A program made the translations under genes and the position numbers. Positions 37,367 through 46,446 of a stretch of DNA of 64,000 bases are shown here, in pieces (position 1 is the stretch's first letter; each line of letters starts with the position of its first letter). The stretch is taken from contig CAYHVI010000001.1 of assembly GCA_964359655.1 (NCBI GenBank), positions 3,164 through 67,163 on the forward strand. Reading direction: 5' to 3'. The notes under the pieces are model-generated. The model ran no database searches and was not told the origin of the DNA. It saw nothing but the letters and a program-made list of their open reading frames with translations. Source of the DNA: an uncultured Candidatus Saccharibacteria bacterium. GTDB lineage: Bacteria > Patescibacteriota > Minisyncoccia > Minisyncoccales > UBA10102.

Positions 37367-38074
37367 TCAGGGAGGGTGCGATAGAAGTTGTATGAACTGA
37401 TTTGCCAAGCGTATAAGAGCTTCTCTTCGATGGTGTTGTTCGTACCACCTTCGAGAGAGTTGTAGCTCTCGAGCTATCTGTGCAGTACTCCTGCCTTCGA
37501 TGAATCTCTCTATGAGGAGCTGAAGAACTGCACTGTCTGGCAGCATCTTCAGTTCTCCTATTACCCGCTGTGCAGACTCCAAAAGGAGCTGTCTGAGCGC
37601 GGTCGCCTCACTGATTCCTGATCGCATCCGCAACTCCCTGATTATTGGTAGACGTGCTAACCTACAATGCTGAAGCCAGTTTGGATCCTGGAGATGTCGG
37701 TAGAGTTCTATGACTTGATCTGGTGCGGGAAGTCGCTGCCCAGTCCCTTTTTGTTTTTTGGTAGGGCGCTCGATAGAACTACTGATTGAGTTAAACGAGC
37801 CTTCTGGATCTTCAAGATCAACTTTCATAAACTGCACTAGGCCGCGTCCTTCTGGAGTAATACACTGCAAGATCTTTGTTCCTCGTGGTTTATCAGGATA
37901 AGCTGGAACGAGTTTAATCAGTTGCGCCTGGAGCAGTTGTGCTCTGATGTTTTGTGCCCTACGTCTTGTTAACTTGAGCGCTTCATCTCGCTGGTGCAAA
38001 GAAAGCAAAGGACTCATTAAAATATGCACGAGATATCTGATAAGCTCAGGGGTGATACGAATAGACGGTTTCAT
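37367..38074 (-). CDS. Putative DNA-binding regulator of the GC-rich island
   Basis: wHTH-like segment (…LQAQLIKLV…KILQCITPEGRGL…) and a C-terminal sigma70-r4/LuxR-like HTH (…STAQIARELQLSRRWYEQ…). It is divergent from the B-C operon. Confidence 0.4.
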   Translation of the reverse strand: MKPSIRITPELIRYLVHILMSPLLSLHQRDEALKLTRRRAQNIRAQLLQAQLIKLVPAYPDKPRGTKILQCITPEGRGLVQFMKVDLEDPEGSFNSISSSIERPTKKQKGTGQRLPAPDQVIELYRHLQDPNWLQHCRLARLPIIRELRMRSGISEATALRQLLLESAQRVIGELKMLPDSAVLQLLIERFIEGRSTAQIARELQLSRRWYEQHHRREALIRLANQFIQLLSHPP

Positions 38075-38112
38075 GCTACACCTCGATTCTTGGCCGAATT
38101 GCGTGCTATTAA

Positions 38113-38150
38113 TATTCTAGAATAAAATAATAATCTTGTCAACATTGACA
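38113..38150. promoter_or_regulatory. Divergent promoter region with two perfect palindromes (TATTCTAGAATA; TGTCAAcaTTGACA)
   Basis: A 12-bp perfect palindrome at 38113-38124 and a 6+6 inverted repeat at 38137-38150. The latter also resembles paired -35 hexamers. Confidence 0.4.
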
Positions 38151-38232
38151 TAGCGAGTCATATATGCTACTAATGTCATAGTCCCCAGCACTTTAACAAT
38201 GTGCCATAACGCTGTTTTTAGGAGATAAACAG

Positions 38233-38988
38233 ATGCCAACACGCCAATTGTCGCCAACAGAGCGAGAGAACGTTAACAAGAACAGAGTGCAGTGGGCAGA
38301 GAAACTTGCTGCAGTTCTTCGAGAATGGTGCACAATTAATCAGTACATGCCTCGGAAACTACTGGCGCAAGAGCTGGGAATCCTCGACAACAACTGGAAA
38401 CATATTGTCGTTGGCGATGGTCTGACCGACGATATTTCGATCTACGCCCGCCTGCACGTCAGGACCGAGCTTGCTGAAGCTGATCCTCGAACAGTTCCTC
38501 CAAAGGCTCTGTATGCGCCCAGAGGGCTGTATTATTACGAAAGAGCATACGCGTGGACTGAACATGAATACACTTTATGGCTAAACCGTCATGGTTATTC
38601 GCTTCCCAGAGAGGTACAGACTTCTGTTCCGGTAACGGACGAACTCCCAGACATTAGGACGCTCTTCGAACAACTGCTACTCGACCCATTAGCGCAACGG
38701 ATTGTTCGGGCACTCGAACCTCGTCTTCTGAAAGCAATGGGATCTGCGATTGGTGACAAGCACCCTACTGCGCAGTCCGATGATGTCGGCGTTCTTGCCG
38801 ACAAGCTGTACAATGCTCTTGTGGCGTATGTCGAGGGAACCCCGGAAGAAAGGGATCAACTGATGGCAAAATATGGGAAAACCCATCTTGCAAGGGTGTA
38901 CTCACTTTTGCGGGATCTTAGTCTCCCGCCCGATGATCGAGAACAGGCGTTAAAAGTGAACCAAACCATTTCTGAAAGGAGTAGATAA
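38233..38988 (+). CDS. Hypothetical protein (251 aa), first gene of the island operon
   Basis: ORF only. Its stop is 2 nt before the GHKL-ATPase start. Confidence 0.4.
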   Translation: MPTRQLSPTERENVNKNRVQWAEKLAAVLREWCTINQYMPRKLLAQELGILDNNWKHIVVGDGLTDDISIYARLHVRTELAEADPRTVPPKALYAPRGLYYYERAYAWTEHEYTLWLNRHGYSLPREVQTSVPVTDELPDIRTLFEQLLLDPLAQRIVRALEPRLLKAMGSAIGDKHPTAQSDDVGVLADKLYNALVAYVEGTPEERDQLMAKYGKTHLARVYSLLRDLSLPPDDREQALKVNQTISERSR

Positions 38989-38989
38989 C

Positions 38990-40972
38990 ATGGTCACGCG
39001 AGATAGGATAGATTTCAACGGCGTATCCAGAATCAACACAGCCAAGGCCATTCTGCTGTTGGCCAGGGTGTATGCGCGGAATCCTGTTGAGATTCTCGCG
39101 CAATACATCGAGAACTCCATTGACGCCCGTGCAACCCAAGTGATCGTTGAGATGACACGAGATCGAATCGTCATCGCTGACAACGGGTCTGGTATGACCC
39201 CTTTCATTCTGCCAGACGATTTGACTGTCTTGCAGATGTACGCAGACGATGCCGCGCAAGGGAGACTTGATCCAGACTTCGACTTTCGCACTCTGATGAA
39301 CCCAGTCTCACTTCATAGTCTCCAGTGGATGAGAGAATGCATTGCCTTCTCTCCTAAGATTCCCGAGACGGGCACAATTGCAGGACAGCCACAACGCGGA
39401 ATGTTGGGTATCGGTATTGCGGCATTCCACCAGATCGCAAATCAAGCAGTCTGGCTTACGAGGCCGAACCTTGAGCTCGCACGGATGTATTGGGGCCCTC
39501 GCATAAACGCAGAGGACATCCCAGTCTTAAGGCTTGAGCCTCCTACGACCAAAATGCTCGACGGGATGAACTCGTCTTACCATATCGGCGAGACAGAAAA
39601 TCCCTTTGCTGATCCGTATGGTCGGAAACTTCAGTCAGGGACAATCATAGAGATTACATCTCTCACCCCTGGGCTGGACAAGGTTTTTCGGCCAGCTCTT
39701 CTTCAGCATCACTTCGCCAACCGCTTTGGTGAGGATACCAGAAGAGGAGTGAGCATTATCATCAGGGGGAGTCTCACGACTGACCCCACCCGAACTCCAC
39801 GCTTGCGCGAGGTAAGAGTGCAGCCCGTGATCCACCGAGGGATACCAGTGGTGGTAAAAACCACGATGTTTCTCGAGAATGGACAGTATCCTTTTGGGGT
39901 TGAGATCTACTACACCCCCTCTGGCCGTGGAGCAACAGGACTCAAACTACGGAGACTCGGGAGTGACGTCGCCCCGTTGACCGATCTTCCCCCGTTTCAA
40001 ACCCCTCCGTGGACCTTGCCATTATCAGGCTACGTGGAGTTTCCCAACACTCCGGAGGCTCCGTGGAATCCAGATAAAACCCTTCCAGTGGCCTCCAGGA
40101 TACTTCAGCAGTGGGAGGAAGTGATCCTGGCTCTTGCTCCTCAAATCGAGGACGTGGTTGAGCGAACCCAAAAGAGTGCAGAGGATGTACGTCTAAAGGA
40201 ATTTGCGAAGGAAGCAGAGGCTGCTACCGTAGAGGCAATCAGAAACCTCCCCATTTTCCAGAACTCATTGGGAGGCTTCCTGGCAGGCAAGAGAAGACAG
40301 GGAAAGGGTACTACCCCTCGTGTCGAAGATCGAGTAATCGTTTCTGTACGAGGAGAGTATAACCAAGGGATTCCTGGAATCTCCATTGAACTGTGCTCTG
40401 GAGTAAAGAATCCTCAACCCCTGGAGACACGCAAGACCGGCAAGAGTGGAGCAATCTCTTTTGGTCGGTTTGCTCCAGGAACCTACCTAGTTCGAGTAGT
40501 GGACTTACCAGAACACATGACCCTCCAGGATCCTGTAGACTTCAAGTTCAGACTCACTTCGGCAGAACCTGGAATTCGTGTAACATTCCGCGTGACCACT
40601 GGCGAGCAACCGCCAGAACAGACCAAGATACCCCCGGTAAGGATTGAGTTTGTCCCAGGTGATGATCCGGGTTTGTTATATAGAACTGACCGACTCCAGA
40701 CTTTTGGGGTAATTGAGGTCAACTCTACGGCCGACGGTGTTCGAGAGGCCTTAGCAGAAATGCTCGAGAGCAATGATTACGCTCGCCTCAATGCCATTAC
40801 TGCACAGATTGAGGCAGCGGCACTAACCGCTACTGTACTCAAGGGCGAGGTATCAGAACTCTTCCAGCAGGCGTGTCAGTTTGCTGTTCGACTCTACACC
40901 GAACTACTAAAAGCTGATACCCAAAGACAGCAAAAACTCCAGCAGCAACGCAGAAGGGCAAGACAGAGCTAA
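38990..40972 (+). CDS. GHKL-superfamily ATPase (HATPase_c, MORC/MutL-like Bergerat fold) with C-terminal carboxypeptidase-regulatory-like beta-sandwich
   Basis: N-box and G1 box in …ILAQYIENSIDARATQVIVEMTRDRIVIADNGSGMT…. The C-terminal segment …ISIELCSGVKNPQPLETRKTGKSGAISFGRFAPGTYLVRVV… fits the CarbopepD_reg-type pattern. Confidence 0.6.
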   Translation: MVTRDRIDFNGVSRINTAKAILLLARVYARNPVEILAQYIENSIDARATQVIVEMTRDRIVIADNGSGMTPFILPDDLTVLQMYADDAAQGRLDPDFDFRTLMNPVSLHSLQWMRECIAFSPKIPETGTIAGQPQRGMLGIGIAAFHQIANQAVWLTRPNLELARMYWGPRINAEDIPVLRLEPPTTKMLDGMNSSYHIGETENPFADPYGRKLQSGTIIEITSLTPGLDKVFRPALLQHHFANRFGEDTRRGVSIIIRGSLTTDPTRTPRLREVRVQPVIHRGIPVVVKTTMFLENGQYPFGVEIYYTPSGRGATGLKLRRLGSDVAPLTDLPPFQTPPWTLPLSGYVEFPNTPEAPWNPDKTLPVASRILQQWEEVILALAPQIEDVVERTQKSAEDVRLKEFAKEAEAATVEAIRNLPIFQNSLGGFLAGKRRQGKGTTPRVEDRVIVSVRGEYNQGIPGISIELCSGVKNPQPLETRKTGKSGAISFGRFAPGTYLVRVVDLPEHMTLQDPVDFKFRLTSAEPGIRVTFRVTTGEQPPEQTKIPPVRIEFVPGDDPGLLYRTDRLQTFGVIEVNSTADGVREALAEMLESNDYARLNAITAQIEAAALTATVLKGEVSELFQQACQFAVRLYTELLKADTQRQQKLQQQRRRARQS

Positions 40973-41009
40973 GGAATTCAACAACCCTTTGGACTCTGCA
41001 ACGCTAAGT

Positions 41010-41044
41010 AAGGATAGGGAGCTTCTCCCTATCCTTTTTTCTTT
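41010..41044 (+). terminator. Strong rho-independent terminator after the GHKL-ATPase gene
   Basis: AAGGATAGGGAG-ctt-CTCCCTATCCTT is a perfect 12-bp stem followed by TTTTTTCTTT. Confidence 0.75.
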
Positions 41045-41078
41045 GGATCTGTTGTACAATGTAAACTTCTAACGGGAT

Positions 41079-41861
41079 TCATAGAAAACTATATTGTCGA
41101 ATATTTTTTTCGTAATTGGGAATTTTGCAGAGCCACTCCTCGTTCGTCCATTCCCAGCGTTCTTTCAAGTCAAAGAAATGTTCCAAGTCGCGCTCATACC
41201 CCTTGAGCTCGCAAAACTCAATCTCCCCTTTCATGCCGCTCCATTGATGATTGCATACCTCGTTTCCTCCAACGATCCTTGCTCTTCCATATTTCTCTCG
41301 CATTCTTGCCAAACATCCTAAACATTCCTTGTATTGATCCACTCGCAAAATCCAGCGTTTCTTGCATACCCGTTCCCCCATTTGATTGTATGCATTCATA
41401 TAGGCAGCAGTTTGCAATCCATATTCTTTGGTCAAGGTTGTGCTCGTTTTCAAATCGATAATGCTTAACACTCCTTCAACCTCTGCGACAATATCAACAG
41501 TTCCTGCATACCCCCGTTCTAAATCCACAACTCTTCGCTCAATATCTTGAGCGGGATTGCTTACTCGGAAAGGATACTGCTCTCGCCACTTGCAGAATGT
41601 TTCAATACTCACTGCAATGCGCGCGTCAAACTGCGCCCTTTCGCCCTTGAGAATTTTCTCTACGGCTTCGTGGATCATTGTGCCCCACAAAGCTGCCTGT
41701 TGGAATCCAAACCGCCTTCCCAAAGGATCTGACTTTTTCAAAAAAGAAGACCCGCCTGCTAAAGCAGTAATGGATGTTACGCGAGGAAACCACACTCCAT
41801 CAATCTCATACCCAAATTTTTCTCTGAACAAATCTGCTGTCATTTTACACTGCAATTCCAA
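41079..41861 (-). CDS. Cas4/RecB-like PD-(D/E)xK nuclease with putative Fe-S cysteine cluster
   Basis: Nuclease motifs …[11 protein letters not shown]… (D, E), …IIDLKTS… (DxK) and …[10 protein letters not shown]… (QxxxY). One N-terminal Cys and a C-terminal Cys cluster (…VCKK…ECLGC…VCNH…) follow the Cas4/AddB arrangement. Confidence 0.55.
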   Translation of the reverse strand: MELQCKMTADLFREKFGYEIDGVWFPRVTSITALAGGSSFLKKSDPLGRRFGFQQAALWGTMIHEAVEKILKGERAQFDARIAVSIETFCKWREQYPFRVSNPAQDIERRVVDLERGYAGTVDIVAEVEGVLSIIDLKTSTTLTKEYGLQTAAYMNAYNQMGERVCKKRWILRVDQYKECLGCLARMREKYGRARIVGGNEVCNHQWSGMKGEIEFCELKGYERDLEHFFDLKERWEWTNEEWLCKIPNYEKNIRQYSFL

Positions 41862-42372
41862 AAAGTGTTTTTACTGCCCAACCCACTCCGTACGACACCA
41901 AAGCCGCTATCCCTCCTATGAGCAGTATTTCGAGTCCGCCCTCCAGAAAACTCCCTTTGGTAACGAGCCTGCGTGCCGCACCCACAGCGAAAAAAGAAAG
42001 TCCTGCCAACAGGCTGGATACAAAAAACTGTTGAGCGCCAAAAAAATTAAGCAAGTAGGGAACCAATGGAATAATCCCAGCCCCCACAAAGGCTATAAAT
42101 GTTACCAGTCCGTGCTCAAAAGGTTCTGTAAAGCCGGTCTCTTTCTTTGCCAAATCATGCTCTGTTCTGACGGCGAGGAAATTTGATGCTCCCATAGAAA
42201 ATCCATCAGCAAGCAGGTTTGCCAAGCCTAAAATAATAACCACTCCCGGAGAAAGGAGTGCGCCAGTGGCTCCTGCCACTACGGCAAAAGTTGTTACAAT
42301 GCCATCGTTCGCTCCATACACAAAATTTCCAATATACGTGCCGTCTCGAAACCTTCTCAAAAACGCGTTCAT
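41845..42372 (-). CDS. VIT1/CCC1-family (DUF125) iron/manganese transporter
   Basis: …[20 protein letters not shown]… signature and 4-5 TM helices. Confidence 0.65.
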   Translation of the reverse strand: MNAFLRRFRDGTYIGNFVYGANDGIVTTFAVVAGATGALLSPGVVIILGLANLLADGFSMGASNFLAVRTEHDLAKKETGFTEPFEHGLVTFIAFVGAGIIPLVPYLLNFFGAQQFFVSSLLAGLSFFAVGAARRLVTKGSFLEGGLEILLIGGIAALVSYGVGWAVKTLFGIAV

Positions 42373-42403
42373 AAGAATTCTTTATTGTATCCATTCAGCC
42401 TGC

Positions 42404-42682
42404 TCAAGGCAAGGTTGAAAAATTCTCCAATTCTCCACTCGGCTTCTCGTAGTTCACTTCGCATCGGTCTACCTTTGCTCCAGGTGGTCCTTGTTTGCAC
42501 CATTCCGCAAACTGCTCTACTGCTTCTTTCTCCCCTTCACACACAAGCTCAACTCTTCCGTCTGCAAGATTGCGTACCCACCCTCCAAGCCCGAATTCCT
42601 GCGCTCTTTGCTGCGCGCCAGCTCGAAAAAAGACCCCCTGCACTCTTCCTGAAACTACAATATGTATTCTTGCCTTTTCCAT
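42404..42682 (-). CDS. acyP: Acylphosphatase
   Basis: …IVSGRVQGVFFRAGAQQRAQEFGLGGWVRNLADGRVE… matches the acylphosphatase signatures. Confidence 0.8.
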   Translation of the reverse strand: MEKARIHIVVSGRVQGVFFRAGAQQRAQEFGLGGWVRNLADGRVELVCEGEKEAVEQFAEWCKQGPPGAKVDRCEVNYEKPSGELENFSTLP

Positions 42683-42685
42683 TCT

Positions 42686-43867
42686 TTATTGCGCAACAAT
42701 CTCCAAAATCGCTCCCAGAATAAGCATGATTACAAGCAAAAGTATGAGAAATCTTGGAACCTGCACCCTATATTCGGGTTCCCTCATGCTTTTTTGCCTT
42801 GCCTTCTGGTAGATCAAAACAATCACCACTCCTTCGAATACTCCAATAAAAGCACCAACCACGCCCATCACGGCAATGAATTCTCGAAACCCAACCAAAA
42901 AAAGAAGTAAAGGAGTGCCCAAGGCAATTCCTGCAGCAACAGCATCGGAAACCTTATGATCATATCGAAGGGAATTTTTGAGATAGTTTCCGAGCACCAA
43001 AAAAGAAGTTGCGAGGGCAATCATCCCAAACAAGGCACCGAGGATAACAACGTGATTCCCTAAAAAGGGAGTTAAACCCGAGAGCGCGTCTTGCGAAGTT
43101 TGGGGCCCTGAAACTCCGATCACAAAAAATGTAAACAATGCATATAAAGCTCCGCAAGGCACGAAGGCCCACCAGATGAGATTGTCGAGATTCCCTTTTT
43201 CTTTACGATTTTTAAACAACTCTGCAACTTCTGGAATCGCAGCCCATCCTGCAAACGCAAAAAGTACGACTCCGTACGGTAAAAAGATATGAGCGGCATC
43301 AAAAAGAACGAAATTCTCAAGGTGCACCTTAGGAATTGCAAAGAGGAAAACTCCAAAGATTACAAGAAAGAGTGCAAGACTCAACAAAAATTCCATCTTT
43401 GCAATGGTTTGAATTCCCCGAAGGATAAACAAAGAAAAAAATGCCCAAAATAAAAGCGAGTACACAAAACTGGAAAAAGGGAGAAACGATGAAAAAATAA
43501 TCTCCAAAAAATCGCCAGCAATAATAATATATGCCAAAAGTGCTCCTACCATTCCCACAATCGTAGAAACAGTTACAAGTTTTTTTGCCCACTTTCCAAG
43601 ATACAAAGAGGCATATCCTATTAAGCGATGTTTCTCTTTGGTACGCAAAGCAATCTCGCCAAACATTAAATGCAACAACAAGACCACTCCTCCAAGTACC
43701 ACGAAATAAAAAATGCCGGGGATAATCCCGCTTTTGGAAATCACATAGGGCAATCCAAAAATTCCTGCGCCCACAATCGTCCCCACCAATGTTGAGAATG
43801 CCAAAACAAATCTGCTGTTCATGCTCTTCATTATACGAAAAAGGGAGAGGGAAAGAAATGAGCTCAA
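42686..43867 (-). CDS. Amino-acid permease (APC/HAAAP-type, ~11 TM)
   Basis: …GAGIFGLPYV… N-terminal motif. 393-aa polytopic membrane protein. Confidence 0.55.
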   Translation of the reverse strand: MSSFLSLSLFRIMKSMNSRFVLAFSTLVGTIVGAGIFGLPYVISKSGIIPGIFYFVVLGGVVLLLHLMFGEIALRTKEKHRLIGYASLYLGKWAKKLVTVSTIVGMVGALLAYIIIAGDFLEIIFSSFLPFSSFVYSLLFWAFFSLFILRGIQTIAKMEFLLSLALFLVIFGVFLFAIPKVHLENFVLFDAAHIFLPYGVVLFAFAGWAAIPEVAELFKNRKEKGNLDNLIWWAFVPCGALYALFTFFVIGVSGPQTSQDALSGLTPFLGNHVVILGALFGMIALATSFLVLGNYLKNSLRYDHKVSDAVAAGIALGTPLLLFLVGFREFIAVMGVVGAFIGVFEGVVIVLIYQKARQKSMREPEYRVQVPRFLILLLVIMLILGAILEIVAQ

Positions 43868-43930
43868 GATTGCAGAGGTTTTATACTTATTATTTAAAGA
43901 GTATGCCGATTATTTGAATGCCTCAAGGAC

Positions 43931-43959
43931 AAAAAATTGACCAGGATTCTTCATCCTGG
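43931..43959 (-). terminator. Rho-independent terminator after the 608-aa gene (minus strand)
   Basis: CCAGGATtcttcATCCTGG stem. A preceding A6 on the plus strand gives a U-tract on the minus strand. Confidence 0.6.
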
Positions 43960-43994
43960 CCAATCTCTCAACTCCATTGAGCTCTACTGCGCTC

Positions 43995-45821
43995 TCATTG
44001 CGGAAAGAGAGTTGAAACCTCCTTTTCAGTAAATCCTGCTCTCGTGAGATCTCGAGCAAGGGAGTATCGGCTGTAGCCTCCAGCAGAAGCGGAGAGCATC
44101 AACGTCCGCCCACCTTTCTCGAAAATTTGGTGAGAAGATGCCTTTGCTCTAACTCTACGCCATCCCTGCTTCCGAACACTGCGTTCTAGCTCTTTATATC
44201 GAGGACTAGCCGGCAACCAGGAAACAGGAACCCGAGACTTGAATGCACCATCTCTGGATTGCTGGATCACTCTCGCTGTCTCTTCTTCAACTAACGGAAG
44301 GCCTGCATCTATACGCTTCCTCTTTCGAGGAACCGTTTGATGGGGTTTGGCTTTCGAAAGAGTTTCCTCCTGCTTCCCATCTTGGAGAATGAGCTTCGCA
44401 TGCTTAAGTGTTGATGCACGCTGAATTACAGTTCCGATTTCCTGTGGAGTTTTATCGGGAAACTGCCCCCAGAGGTGTATCCCGGTCCTTAGATATTCGG
44501 GCGCTAAACCACCACAGAGGAGCGCGTATATCTTTTCTGGATCGTTAGCCTGACATTGTTCGTGGATATACGCAATGAGATCGGTCCTGAGCGGCAACAG
44601 GCTTGCGGCCTGCAATTCCTCTAAAAGTTCAGGCAGCACTCCTTTTTGCGCCAGACTTCTTGCCTGGGCAAATGTTTCGGTGTATGGCATCAAAGCAACA
44701 CACGGCGCCATATCGCGAACTGGAACATTGTGGTGATACAGCCACGCTGCCTTACGGATACCATCCTGCTTCATTCCTTCCTCTCCCACTACCCTACTAA
44801 GCTCTAGGTGGTCTTGTGGAATCAGAAAGATTCCATACTTGATGCAAGAGAGCACAAACCCTTTCTGAAGTCGGTGTTCTTGTATCATTTGAGTCAGCTC
44901 TCCAAGCATCTCTAGGGTATAGAAACAGGTAGTAAACCCGCGTCCGAGATTGTAGGTAGCTTGATATCTCTCTCCCAAGTAAGCAAAGGGGTGGCCTATA
45001 TCTCCCGTGATGGTTGTTGATTCTCCCAATACTCGGCCGTCTCGATCCACCCAGCGATTTCTGATTGACTTGCAGTGCAGTTGATGAACTGCAAGCATGA
45101 TAGAATCTCGAAGCGCCATTACTGCATCTGCAATAACATTCCATTCTTTTTCGATCCGTTCTTCAGACCAAGAAATCCAACAGCAGCGTCCACGCTCAAG
45201 ACCGGCGATATACAGCATTGCATCGGCTGTTTTCTTTTTGGGAAGGATGCTGAAAGGCTGGGTGAAAGTGATGACATTTAATATCCTCACTATCACGCCG
45301 ATTCCTTGAGGAGATAATCCCTTAACCTTGAAACCACGGATAGCAGGATACCACAGGATTCTTTCGATCAGCAAACCCATGCGCGACATCCCGGTAGCCT
45401 CTCGAACATAGGCCAGTTGTTTTTCCAGGAGATTTGTCTGGATTCGCATCATCCCTATCCGCGCCGCTACTTGCCGATCCCACTGAAAGACAGGAATACC
45501 ACGTTTTCTTGGAGCTCTCTGCGGTTTCCTGTGCATTCGTCTCGTTCTGCCGCCAAGCGTCATAGTGAAGTCTGTGATACCTAGTTGTTCCATCTCATTT
45601 TGCGCATCCTGCCAAAATCCCTCAAGCGCCATCTGATAGGTTGCTGCGGTGATCCTGTGCTGACCGCAGATGACAGCCAGAGACAGGGGGAGGTTGAAAG
45701 AACCTTGCAGGCCAAGATTCTTATTCCAACCGCACCACACGAGGGACACCATGATGTATGCTTTCACGTAGTACCAGACAATTTTTATACGTGCTATGGA
45801 AAGAGCAGAACCTACCTTCAT
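43995..45821 (-). CDS. Large hypothetical protein (608 aa) with C-terminal HicA/YcfA-like domain, GC-rich, adjacent to tRNA-Arg
   Basis: The C-terminal ~60 aa (…KELERSVRKQGWRRVRAKASSHQIFEKGGRTLMLSASAGGYSRYSLARDLTRAGFTEKE…) fits the HicA pattern (Gw..vr.kGSHh.f…l..l.raG). I see no motifs in the remainder. GC is ~50%. Confidence 0.4.
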   Translation of the reverse strand: MKVGSALSIARIKIVWYYVKAYIMVSLVWCGWNKNLGLQGSFNLPLSLAVICGQHRITAATYQMALEGFWQDAQNEMEQLGITDFTMTLGGRTRRMHRKPQRAPRKRGIPVFQWDRQVAARIGMMRIQTNLLEKQLAYVREATGMSRMGLLIERILWYPAIRGFKVKGLSPQGIGVIVRILNVITFTQPFSILPKKKTADAMLYIAGLERGRCCWISWSEERIEKEWNVIADAVMALRDSIMLAVHQLHCKSIRNRWVDRDGRVLGESTTITGDIGHPFAYLGERYQATYNLGRGFTTCFYTLEMLGELTQMIQEHRLQKGFVLSCIKYGIFLIPQDHLELSRVVGEEGMKQDGIRKAAWLYHHNVPVRDMAPCVALMPYTETFAQARSLAQKGVLPELLEELQAASLLPLRTDLIAYIHEQCQANDPEKIYALLCGGLAPEYLRTGIHLWGQFPDKTPQEIGTVIQRASTLKHAKLILQDGKQEETLSKAKPHQTVPRKRKRIDAGLPLVEEETARVIQQSRDGAFKSRVPVSWLPASPRYKELERSVRKQGWRRVRAKASSHQIFEKGGRTLMLSASAGGYSRYSLARDLTRAGFTEKEVSTLFPQ

Positions 45822-45918
45822 CTTCCTCCTCCTTTAGTTTTCCAAGTATTTTGGTAGGAATAGCTATCTTTTTTATATAATATCCTAGAAATAATACAAA
45901 TCTCGTGCTCCTTTTATG

Positions 45919-45992
45919 TGTCCCCGGCGCGACTCGAACGCGCAATCTTTGGCTCCGGAGGCCAACGCTCTATCCAATTGAGCTACGGAGAC
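45919..45992 (-). tRNA. tRNA-Arg (anticodon CCG)
   Basis: Cloverleaf GTCTCCG-TAGCTCAATTGGATAGAGC-GTTGGCCTCCGGAGCCAAAG-ATTGC-GCGTTCGAGTCGCGC-CGGGGAC-A. The 7-bp acceptor stem has one G-U pair. The anticodon loop is CTCCGGA and the T-loop is TTCGAGT. CCA is not encoded. Confidence 0.85.
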
Positions 45993-46446
45993 GATATTTG
46001 TTTATTTCGTATCCCGCGATTCCGAATGCAACGGCGACATTCAGCGATTCTTTCTGCCCCAGCATTGGTATTTCGATTATAACATCTGCACGTTCCAAGA
46101 CCGAGGGAGACACGCCTTTGAGTTCATGGCCAATGACTAAAGCTAAAGGAAATTTGGGTTTGAATTTCGCCAAAGAAATACTTTTCTTGGTTTGTTCGAG
46201 CGCTGCCACAAAAACTCCCTGCGCCTTCAATTGCTCTACCAAGCGCCAAGTTTGTTTGTGATATTTCCATGGCACAATTTTTTCTGCGCCCAACGCGGTT
46301 TTTGATATTTTTTCTGAAGGCGGGTTCCCGGAAATACCACACAGAAAAACTTTATCCACTGCCAGCGCGTCTGCCGTGCGAAAAATCGAGCCAACATTTT
46401 CCAAGCTTCGGATGTTGTCGCAAATAACAAAGAATTGATTACGCAT
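45970..46446 (-). CDS. SpoU/TrmH-family RNA 2'-O-methyltransferase
   Basis: …ICDNIRSLENVGSIFRTADALAVDKVFLCG… and …LVIGHELKGVS… SPOUT motifs. Its reading frame runs ~8 codons into the tRNA-Arg gene before the first stop. Confidence 0.7.
   Translation of the reverse strand: MRNQFFVICDNIRSLENVGSIFRTADALAVDKVFLCGISGNPPSEKISKTALGAEKIVPWKYHKQTWRLVEQLKAQGVFVAALEQTKKSISLAKFKPKFPLALVIGHELKGVSPSVLERADVIIEIPMLGQKESLNVAVAFGIAGYEINKYRLRSSIG

Noticed and set aside
43995-45821. The 608-aa GC-rich protein next to tRNA-Arg as an integrase, transposase or reverse transcriptase.
   Set aside because: I find no R…HxxR…Y tyrosine-recombinase tetrad, no serine-recombinase N-terminal motif, no DDE spacing and no RT motifs A/C (YxDD). 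Only the C-terminal HicA-like similarity is supportable.
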